DNA from: Azolla caroliniana | Lineage: Eukaryota > Plantae > Polypodiophyta | NCBI GenBank assembly: GCA_043228905.1 | Contig: JBHGNT010000559.1 | Coordinates: forward strand, 1 to 20,828 | Direction: 5' to 3' | Length of the DNA: 20,828 nucleotides | Shown: piece after piece, positions 10,996-20,531 of the stretch | How the letters are laid out: each line of letters opens with the position of its first letter | Numbering within the stretch: position 1 is the first letter of the stretch | Notes under the pieces: generated by a model | Told to the model about the DNA's origin: nothing | Databases searched by the model: none | What the model saw: only the letters and a program-made list of their open reading frames with translations | Program-made: the position numbers and the translations under genes

Positions 10996-10999
10996 AATA

Positions 11000-11077
11000 T
11001 GTCGCGTTGTTACGCGTGTCCGTGGAGAACAACGCAGGACCACTGGGGTCTTGGACCGAGGAATAGGTGAGAAGAGG

Positions 11078-11144
<67 letters not shown>

Positions 11145-11711
11145 CACACACGTATAGACAGAGAAGTGCACGGGGATGCAGCCCAACAACACAGGAGACA
11201 TGAGTTGAGAACATTAGCGTATGTATATAAATGTATGCAGATGACTCAAATTGTTACAGCCGATCAGGTCGGCGAGATGGGTGCCGACGCCTGATCACCC
11301 ACGCACACAGGAGAGCAAGATGGAGATTCTGCCGGAAGCACACGGGCGTTCCACGGAGCAGGATCAACCTCCTGAGAACCTGCACAAAAGAAAGCTATGG
11401 AGAGCAACAGAGAAGAGCTCGGTGCCAGTCCGACAGCACTTCGTCCCCTCTAGCGCGCGATCCCATCTCTCCCCCCGTCTCCCTCTCCTTTATAGCTCAA
11501 GGAGGGAGGCCGTTTCACCCGTTTACATCACATTAATTCTTTGTCCTTTTGGACAGAGATACTCCTCGATTTCCCTTATAGAATATTGCTACCTAGGATC
11601 TAACCTTTGTGCCTACCTATCTACCATATGACAAGGGACGTGCCCACGTGTAAGGGCTGGCTCACACACATAACACACGGTTTGCGCCTGGGGACGGTTT
11701 TCTTCACGACA
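11000..11711 (-). repeat. 5' LTR of gypsy C (712 bp)
   Basis: Direct repeat of 2446-3129; TATAAA at 11489-11494 (-); (GA)n tract; adjacent PBS. Confidence 0.95.
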
Positions 11712-11715
11712 ACGT

Positions 11716-12084
11716 GGGAGAGACAGAGAGAGAGAGAGAGAGAGAGCAAGATACACTATTTTTCAAAATTATATGAATACTCTGTGCTCTGTATCTACAA
11801 CGCGCTCATCAGCGCTATTTATACGAGTCCACACGGGACTGTTAGAAGTACGGTGTACTTCAATGCTCACACGATCATCTGACATTAACTACGAGACTAT
11901 AACTGCCTAGTAGTCTAACCTATACTAGGCTTCCGGTTACAGATTGGATCCGGCATACCGGCTCCCCAGCTCACCGGTCCTTACTGCTTACCGGCTCGGT
12001 TGCTCATCGGCATACCGATTCATCTTGCTTACCGGCTCAGGCTTATTCAGCCGATCCGGCTCCGGTTGAGCTTGCCGCTCAACA
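11716..12084 (-). repeat. 3' LTR of copia B, U3-side fragment
   Basis: Matches 17188-17546 and ends GCTCAACA next to the PPT. Confidence 0.93.
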
Positions 12085-12816
12085 CTCCCCCTCAAGCTCA
12101 ACCTGAGGTAGGGTCGTAGTGTCAACGTCTGTGGCAGTCGGTTCTTCCAACCGACTTCTCCTGGCGTCGCTTCGCCTTGCTCACGCTCCTTGTCCGGTCC
12201 GGTTCGGTTTGCCGCGACCCCTTTGGTTCTGCGCGCCTCGACCTTCGGCATGTCTACTCAATAGGCCCATCTCAGCTCCTTCGCTGCTATGACTCCGACG
12301 CTTGCCGATCCATCGGTTCCACCGCGATGGCATCGACTATCGCTGCATCCGTGTCTCCTTGGCCTCTCGTTGATCCGACTCATCCGGATCTGTCTGTTGA
12401 TCCGAATCGGCTGTCTCCAACTCGTTCCAGCTCTTGTCCGAATCGGTATCCTCCGATTCGATTTTCGGCTTCAGGCCTCTCACCACATCAGACCACGTCC
12501 GGGTCTTGGCCTTCTTTGTGCTTCCCTTGGCTTCTTCAGCCGGTTCACCAAAGTCGAATTCTTCATTCAACTCCGCATCATGGCCATTACGATCGTGATG
12601 ACCTTCGCATAGCATGCACTTCTCTTTCTGAGTGTACACTTCTTCTTCATAGCCGCTCACTCCGACCTGTTCGGATGTCCCGACTTCCTTCGTCGACTCA
12701 GCTTCATTTTTCTTCTTGTCTCCACCTCTACCGGTTCTTCTCTTACCTATGAGTTCAACAGTTCTTTTGCCTTTGCCCGTTTCGGTAGTGTCTTTGCCCT
12801 TGCGTCTCCCCCTCAA
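12079..12816 (-). pseudogene. In-frame low-complexity extension after copia B RNase H
   Basis: Same frame as RT-RH after the TAG at 12817-12819. Internal stops only at 12337 and 12181; ends ...LPQVELEGEC* inside the LTR terminus. Confidence 0.55.
12085..12097 (-). promoter_or_regulatory. Polypurine tract (copia B)
   Basis: GCTTGAGGGGGAG immediately before the LTR start TGTTG on the minus strand. Confidence 0.93.
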
Positions 12817-15800
12817 CTACGGGACGTCGAGATGCTGAACACCAAGCATTTCGGTAAAGTGTTGCAACTTGTCCGACCCAAGCAACTTGGTGAAGATGTC
12901 GGCAACTTGCCGATCCGTGTGAACATACCGTAGTTCAACTTCACCGCTCAGGACCCGCTCACGCAAGAAGTGATAATGCACTTCTATGTGCTTTGTGCGA
13001 GCATGGAACACAAGGTTCTTGGCGAGCTGCATGCTGCTAAGGTTATCGCAGTAGATCAGGATCGGGGTCGGTACCTCGATCCGCAGGTCTTGCAGTAGTC
13101 GCCGAAGCCAAATGGCTTCGCAGGTGGCAAAGGTCGCGCCCCGGTATTCAGCCTCAATGATGGATAGAGTCGCGCTCCCAAGAGAAAACATAAAGCCGGA
13201 AGTTGAGCGGCGATCCGTTGCATCGCCAGCCCAGTCGGCATCCGTGTAGCCAACAAGCTCTTCGGTTATACCTTGCCGGTATAAGAGCCCCCGGTCCTTA
13301 GTGCCGCTTACATACCTCAGTATTTGTTGCACGCACTGAAGGTGCTCCACGGTCGGCTTCTGCATGAATTGGCTTACCACTCCGACCGGATAACTAATGT
13401 CGGGTTGGGTGATGGTCAAGTAGATCAGGCTTCCGACTATTTGTCGAAACCTTTTCTCATCGCAGGCTGGTCCGGAGTTGGGACGGATCTTCTGATTTCG
13501 GTCCAGGGGTGTGGAGACAGGTCGACATTCCGTCATGCCGAACTTGTACAATATATTCAACACATAATGGCATTGAGAAAGCAATATGCCGTCGGGGGTG
13601 TGGATCACCTTGATCCCCAAAAAATAATGAAGGTCCCCCAAGTCCTTCATATCGAATGCGTCCGACAACTGGGACTTCACGCGGTTGATTTCCGGAAAAC
13701 CTAAGCCGGTGATGACTAAATCATCAACATAGAGTAAGATACATACCAGACCGTTTGAGCCTTGACGAGTGAACAAGGAAGAGTCCGACTTAGAGGCAAC
13801 AAACCCCATCTTTCGCAACCGGTGCGTGATCTTAGCATTCCAAGCATGGGGGGCTTGCTTCAACCGTACAACGACTTCCTCAGCCGGCATACCACCGACT
13901 TGTTCACCTGCGACTGAAATCCGGGGGGCTGAGTCATAAAGACTTCTTCTTCAAGATCTCCTTGAAGGAAGGAATTCTTCACATCCATCTGATGAAGATG
14001 CCACCCCCTTGCCGCAACAACCACCAGTACCACACGAACCGTCGTCATCTTCGCTACAGGAGCGAAGGTCTCGTCGTAGTCAATTCTGTGGGTCTGCGCA
14101 TATCCCTTCGCCACTAACCGGGCCTTGTACCGGTTAACTGTACCCTCGTCATTGTACTTTACCTTGTACACCCACTTGCATCCGATCGGTTTACAGTGAC
14201 GGGGAGGGTCAACCAGGTCCCAAGTTCCGTTGGCATCTAGTGCCCGCATTTCTTCCTCCATAGCGGCACGCCAATTTGCGTCCTTTGCCGCTTCTGCGTA
14301 GCTCTCCGGCTCACGCACTTCCGCGACCTTGGTCATGTACGCATAATGATGCGCCATGTACTCGTTATACTTGTACCGTTTAACGGGATCCTTCTGGCGG
14401 GTGGACCAGCGTAACTCACCATTACCCGGTATGAGACCCTTCTTGGCCGGTTCGGTCTTCGTTCCCGAAGATCTGCCTTTGTCCTTGCCAAAGTCAGATA
14501 CGCACCGATCCGACTCATCATTGCCGGTCTCGAATTCCGGCATCTTCTGTAGCCCTTTCTCTTTGCGTGTGAACCGTCTCCTCGGTTCCTTGCGCGGGGA
14601 GAGCACCACAGAGTCTCGACTACTCGCCGTCTCATCATCCGACTGGTTGGATTGATCCAGTCTCTCATTCGGTCCGCTTAACCGGAATGATTCCGGACTG
14701 TCATCTTGAGTCCCGGCTTCATCTTTCTCTACCTAGGCCGATTCAGGCTTACTAGCCCCATCCTCCGACATCGGGTCGGGATCGGAAGTTGGAGTTGGTA
14801 AGGAATACCATGATGCAAATTCATCAAACTCGACATCTCGGCTGACTCGGACCTGCTTCGTCCGGGGGTTATAACACTTATACCCCTTTTGCTCTTGAGC
14901 ATAGCCGACTAGGATGCATTTTTCCGATTTTGCATCCAGGTTTCTCCGCTTCTCATCCGGCACATGTACATAGGTTATGCTCAAATTTGGCTTGCGCTTG
15001 AAATACAGCTCATGAGCTGACACCTTGTCCCCGATCTAGTTCTGGATGTAAATGGCCATTTGGACCGCCTCCGCCCAATAGAACTTGGGCATGCTCTTTT
15101 CCTCCAGCATTGCCCTAGCCGCGTCAATCAGCGACCAATTCTTCCTTTCGGCCACACCGTTTTGTTGCGGTGTATATCTGCAACTAAATTCTCGCTGAAT
15201 TCCTTTTTGTTGCAGATACCTATTGAATTGGCCGGAAAAGTACTCTTTTCCGCCATCCGACCGTAGGCATTTGATCTTCCTCTCTGATTCCCGTTCCACC
15301 ATCTTCTGGAGGCTCCGGAAACACTCGAAGACTTCGCTCTTCCGCTCAATGAGGTAGATCCACGTATGCCGCGTGTAGTCGTCGATGAAGGAGACAAAAT
15401 ATCAACTCCCGCCAATGCTAACATTTTGTGCCGGTCCCCACACATCCGAATGGATAAGATCGAGCTTGTTATGGTTTCGATTTCTTACGGTGGGGAATGG
15501 AAGCCGGTCTTGCTTCCCGAGTTGGCAGGCTTCACAAATCTGGGCTCTCCGGCCGCTAAACTTCGGCAAACTGAAAATGACTTGTTTCGTTTGCAGGTCT
15601 TGAAGCCTCCGGTAGTTGACGTGGCCGATCCGCTTGTGCCACAGGTTGATATCCGACTCGACCTTCTGTCCTTTGGCGAACAGTGCGGTGCCGACATCAT
15701 TGGTGTTGAGGATAAACATCCTCCCATCTCTGTGCCCTTGCGCAATAACTTCGCCCTCATCCTCAATGAAGCACCCGAGGTGCATAAACCACACCTGCAT

Positions 15801-17072
15801 CCCCTGGGCGACGATCTATCCGACCGACACCAGGTTCTTCATGATCATCGGAACATGTAATACATTCATCAGCTTCCCCCTTTGTCCGATGTGGCTCAAA
15901 GGGACTTCTCCGACATGCACGATTGGGTGGGGAGTGTCGTCTCCGGTTTCAACAACTCCCGGTTGATCTGGCTTCTCCAAAAAGGAGAACCATTCCCCAT
16001 GGCTCGTCATGTGGTTCGATGCGCCGGAGTGAACGTACCACACTTCCTCCGATTTGGAAGTGGTCTTCTTCATTGAGTTTGCCTTGTGCTTCATCACCAA
16101 GGCTGGCCCCTTACCGTTCTTGGATCCTCCCGATCCGTTTGCGTAGTGCGAGCTTTGCCGGCCTTCCTTACCGGTCTTGCCGGATTCGGATTTGTCCGAA
16201 TCGGCATGCTTTCTCCAGCACTCGCTTTCCCTGTAGCCGTTTTTGCCATAGTACCAACATTCCGTAGCGGATTTGTCTTGCCGGCCTCCGGCACCACCTT
16301 GACTCCCTTTGCTTTTGGAAGTCCCGGAACTATTGTCGGCACGCTCACAGTGCCTTCGTTCTTGCTCTTGCCGGCCGCCTCCATTGCGTGCTGACCTGCC
16401 TCGTCCACCACGCCCACGGGACCGATCCGCTCCCGTGTACAGCATCCGGCTATCTGGGGATGCACTAGTAGATGCACCGGCGTGGTTCTCCTCTACAAGG
16501 AGCATCGACTGTAAGTCGAAAAATGAGGGCGTATTCTCCCTTGTACAAACCGCAGTCTGGAAAGCTCCGAACTTGGACACCAGGCCTCCAAGACAGACCT
16601 GCACCATCTCATCTTCCTCTACGGTGACGTTAATAGAGGCAAGTGAGTCACAGATCCCTTTGGTCCGGGCTGTGTAATCTGCCACCGACATGTTCTTCTG
16701 TCGAACATTGCTCAACTCCTGTCTGAGTTGCAGCTTCCGGGCAGTGGTGCTTGCGGCGAAAACCTTTTCCAAGTTTCCCCAACCATCCTTCGGTGTCTTG
16801 GCGTCACGGATATGGCTAAGTAGCTGGTCACGGACACTGGACGCGAAGCAATACATCACCCTGCTTGCCGCCTGTTCCCACACTGGGAAGTCCTTGTGTG
16901 TCACTCCGTCGACATAACTCCAGTAGACATGCCCAAGCAAGTACTGGTGCATCTTGTATGACCAAGATGCGTAGTTGGTTCTGTCCAGCTTCTCCACCGG
17001 GAGCGACGTAGCCATACCTCTGTCCATTTCTCCTTTTGTGTCTAGTTTCCGATCTGTTAGGGTTTCCTTCAC
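12817..17072 (-). pseudogene. gag-pol: Copia B gag-pol polyprotein (Gag, PR, INT, RT, RNase H), decayed
   Basis: KLDRTNYASW (Gag); degenerate knuckle CWYYGKNGYRESEC; WYVHSGASNHM (PR, catalytic D replaced by H); WHKRIGH..CEAC, RSDGGKEY, PQQNGVAER (INT); [18 protein letters not shown] (RT); YTDADWAG, HARTKHIE (RH). One frame with several stops and a frameshift near 13862. Confidence 0.95.
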
Positions 17073-17110
17073 AAGCGTAGATGTCTGCAGTAGAGGTTCT
17101 CAACCCACGC

Positions 17111-17122
17111 GCTCTGATACCA
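17111..17122 (-). promoter_or_regulatory. Primer binding site, tRNA-iMet (copia B)
   Basis: TGGTATCAGAGC on the minus strand immediately after the LTR. Confidence 0.95.
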
Positions 17123-17546
17123 TGTAAAAGATTGCTTGCGGAAGCGTTAGAAAGGACAATACACAAAGAGAGAGAGAGAGAGTACGCGGGAGAGAGAGAG
17201 AGAGAGAGCAAGACACACTATTTTTCAAAATTATCTGAATACTCTGTGCTCTGTATCTACAACGCGCTCATCAGCGCCATTTATACAAGTCCACACGGGA
17301 CTGTTAGAAGTACGGTGTACTTCAATGCTCACACGAGCATTTGACACTAACTACGAGACAATAACTGCCTAGTAGTCTAACCTATACTAGGCTTCCGGTT
17401 ACGGATTGGATCCGGCATACCGGCTTCCCAGCTCACCGGTCCTTACTGCTTACCAGCTCGGTTACTCACCGGCATACCGATTCATCTCGCTTACCGGCTC
17501 AGGCTTATTCAGCCGATCTGGCTCCGGTTGAGCTTGCCGCTCAACA
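17123..17546 (-). repeat. 5' LTR of copia B (424 bp)
   Basis: Minus-strand TGTTGA...TTTTACA, followed directly by the PBS; TATAAAT at 17279-17285 (-); matches 2371-2445 plus 11716-12084. Confidence 0.95.
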
Positions 17547-17551
17547 AAAGC

Positions 17552-20015
17552 TAAGGCCAATCATACAACAATATCTGATGATACTATTTCCACCCCGAGG
17601 TCTACCCGCACCACAACCCAGCAAACCCACGTTGCCGTCATGTTCCGCGAAATGGAGGTTAGTGGAGTTGGCTACCATGGAATGGGAAGATGAACCCCAA
17701 TCTTCCCAACCCAGCACGCGGACAACACAAGGAGAACAGCCAGCGAGCAGGGAGGAAGCTCCGCAGGAGTAGGAAGCCGAGCAACACCAGGAAAGCCCAA
17801 GGCCGAAACGGCATAGGTTGGACAAGAAAGATGGGCGCGGATTAGTCAAAGACACAACCGTGAACAAAGACACAATCGTGGACACAGACACGGCCGCCTT
17901 GGTCTACAGTTCCGTAGCTACGGAGCCCAACACCACTTTCAAAATAATCCGGGAACCACGATCAATCATTACGGCCCAGTCATAGCGGGGAAAGGAGTGT
18001 TTACGACGGAAAGCAAGGTCCTAAAGTATCTGGACATTCCGGACACAACCCATGAGTTCGGCGCACTTTTACAGTTCGGAACTACTTACAAACTCATGGA
18101 ATTTTTGGCGACGCAACAAATAAAGGTCTCACAACAGATGGCCGAGCAGCATGCAGAACAACAAATGATTGAGCGCACACTAACAAGAACGGCGGAAAGC
18201 AAGGATGAGGGGCCGCTGGCCAGAGTACGCAGATAGCGGAATGTTGGTATATGCCGAATGGGAATTGAACTACCCCCATTAAACGCGACCCTTGTCGAGG
18301 TTCATAGGGAACTGTCTAAGGTCAGTATCGGAGCCAAAGATATGGAAATTAAAAACAAAACTGTCTAGAAGACGGTTAAACAAACCCAAGCTGAGCTACA
18401 AAAGGCCAACGAACGCATCGTGGAGTTGGAACGGAACGCAACTACGGCGCAGCAGGAATCTCGACCAACAGACAACACCGTCGAGGCCCAATCCCTAAGA
18501 GAAGAGGTTGAAGCCTAGATCGCCATTGCCTCAAAAGCAAAGAGGGCCATGCAGCTGGCGGAATCCGACATTGACCACCTCCGCTCCGAACTCCGCCAAT
18601 CCTCCGACAGAGAAAAGGACATCCGGGCCAAAGGCCGAAAGGCAGTGAAGGCCCTCGAAGAGAAACTTGAAGCGAAGGCAGTGGCGCACACCCACATGAA
18701 AGAAGAAAACACCAAACTACGGGAGGAAGCCCAAAAGTCGGAAACAACGATCACAGGACTCCGGGCGTTATTGGAAAAGAAGAAAGCGTGGTATGACGAG
18801 CAGCTAGTACGACAACAGGAGGTGAGGCATCAGGTCAAAATTCGCCTGAACAATGAATGGGCTGGCTGGAGGAATTACACTCGAAGGAATCTCAAATATG
18901 GGCAGGAATGAAGAGCAATTATGAGGAAGCAATTGCAGTCAGGAAGCAAGAAATCGAAAACCTCAAGAAAACCCTAGAAGAAGCGCAAAACCGCTGCCAA
19001 GTAATAACCAACAACGTGCTCATACTTCTTCAAACAAATTGGGAGAGGTTTATGGCGCAATGACAAGTGGCGCTAGACAAAAGCTGGATGGCGTGGGCAA
19101 CACAAGCGGCGGAGTTGCATACCTACCGGGCGGATTGGGAGAACCGTAGGAAAGATGGTCGAGGTTTCTACAAACTCAATGAGGAAGGCATTGCGGCAGT
19201 ACGCGAGGACCTAGCACAGGATTATCGCACGCTAGTGGATCAGCACTCTGAGGAACTCGTGTAGCTACTGGACGATTTCGGCGAAATTCAGGAGGATATG
19301 TTTCACTGAATCATGCAAGCAGGCAGCACGCGGCCAAGCGCGGAGCCCATCGCGATACCAGAAAGTGATACTGCCGAACGGGAGGAACCTCAACCCACTT
19401 CACCGGAGATAACAACTACGGCAGGCAGCACGCGACAAAGAGCGGATCCCATCGCGATAGTGGAAAGTGATACCGCCGAACAGGAGGAACCTCAGCCCAA
19501 TTCACCGAAGAGGACAACTATGGCCGGTAACACTGAGGAAGTTACGGACAGGCAGCACGCAGCCAAGCGCGGAGCCCATCGCGATACCAGAAAGGGATAC
19601 TGCCGAACAGGAGAAACCTTAGCCAACTTGACCGAAGATAACAACTATGGCAGGCAACACGCGACAAAGAGCAGATCCTATCGCAATACCGGAAAGTGAT
19701 ACCGCCAAACAGGAAGAACCTTAGCCCAATTCACCGGAGAGGACAACTATGGCCAGCAACACTAAGGAAGTTACGGATAGGATAGAGCCTCAGCCCACCG
19801 AGAGCCAACAGACGAAAGAGCTAGCCACAGTAGAACGGAATGAACCAGTAGAGCCTGGTCCGCCCACACAGGGAGACGTTGACGCAATGGAAAATCCCAC
19901 CGAGCAAGAACAAGACATGCAACCGTGCAACGACGCGCTGACGGACACTGCACCGTCCCTGGACCAGTACATCAGAGCAAAACCAAACATCCGGGCTATT
20001 TTGGAGGAAGAATAA
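17552..20015 (+). pseudogene. Element A 3' extra ORF, C-terminal part (coiled-coil-like region and acidic repeats), decayed
   Basis: Chain of + ORFs at 17578, 17997, 18549, 18857, 19067, 19313 and 19749, linked by stops or frameshifts. E/K/Q/A-rich helical sequence at ~18300-19260. Confidence 0.7.
19320..19777 (+). repeat. Higher-order tandem repeat: (102 bp + 127 bp) x2
   Basis: Units start CAGGCA(G/A)CACG at 19320, 19422, 19549 and 19651. Units 1/3 and 2/4 share diagnostic variants; units 2 and 4 carry a 25-bp tail. Confidence 0.9.
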
Positions 20016-20020
20016 AGGGA

Positions 20021-20531
20021 TGGGTCCGACGTGCCATGGCGTTGTCCCACAATTGTGCCAGGTGTTGTCCGCCGGAATAGTAACCGATGGATAGAAGCGC
20101 AGAAGCATTATAATATAGTATAGCGTTAAGAAACGCATATAACGGTTCTCGCGGGAAGCATGAACGGCTAAAAGCCCTATGTATATAAAGGGCAGAAATC
20201 CTCTGTAAGAGGTAGCATGTAATTTTGGTGCATAGAGAAATTTTCCTAATAGAATACTATCTTCTCTGATCTCTGTGCATATCAGTGGTTTTATCTGCTG
20301 CGTTCTTTGTTTCTCTATTGCGTACTGTTAATCGTAAGGGTGTAGGCGTCAATGCGGATACTAGTGCACTTCCTAAGGAGTTCGGTTGTAGCCGTCTCCC
20401 TTATACGCTACTAAGATATGAGGGGGTATCCCATTACGATTTACGGTACGACGGTTCCATTCCTTGTAACACAGTCCCCTTGAGATCTACGTCGAAGGAC
20501 TGAGTGTAGATAGTGTTCCTAATCGGTAATA
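20021..20531 (+). repeat. Probable 3' LTR of element A (5' boundary uncertain: 20021 or 19299)
   Basis: Purine tract GGAGGAAGAATAAAGGGA (20003-20020) precedes TG; TATATAAA at 20182. The 3' end GGTAATA (probably mutated ..TAACA) abuts copia RT codons LGIEVI. An alternative start is TGTTTCACTGA at 19299 after AGGAGGATA. The partner LTR is outside the window. Confidence 0.5.
20182..20189 (+). promoter_or_regulatory. TATA box in element A LTR
   Basis: TATATAAA in the LTR-like region, same strand as A's ORFs. Confidence 0.5.

Larger units (their letters stand above)
2446..11711 (-). mobile_element. Element C: full-length Ty3/gypsy LTR retrotransposon without chromodomain, carrying solo LTRs D and E
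   Basis: Two LTRs (plus-strand TGTCGCG...CACGACA); 4-bp TSD ACGT (2442-2445 and 11712-11715); PBS; PPT; order gag-PR-RT-RH-INT. Confidence 0.96.
2371..17546 (-). mobile_element. Element B: full-length Ty1/copia LTR retrotransposon, 3' LTR split by element C
   Basis: Two matching LTRs; perfect 5-bp TSD AAAGC (2366-2370 and 17547-17551); tRNA-iMet PBS; PPT; domain order gag-PR-INT-RT-RH. Confidence 0.96.
1..20531 (+). mobile_element. Element A: Ty3/gypsy non-chromovirus (Athila-like) LTR retrotransposon, 5' part outside window, interrupted by element B
   Basis: RNase H end followed by integrase (gypsy order), then a long sense 3' ORF that rejoins in frame across the B insertion. It ends with a TATA-containing LTR-like region ending ...CGGTAATA, where copia RT homology (F) begins. 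Confidence 0.8.

Noticed and set aside
17983-18005. AGCGGGGAAAGGAG followed by TGTTTAC as the PPT and LTR start of element A
   Set aside because: It lies inside the extra ORF, which continues for 2 kb, and has no independent support, though it cannot be fully excluded without the 5' LTR.
17552-20015. Calling A's extra ORF an envelope gene or a captured host myosin/SMC gene
   Set aside because: No transmembrane segment or recognisable catalytic motif is visible, and coiled-coil composition alone is not diagnostic.
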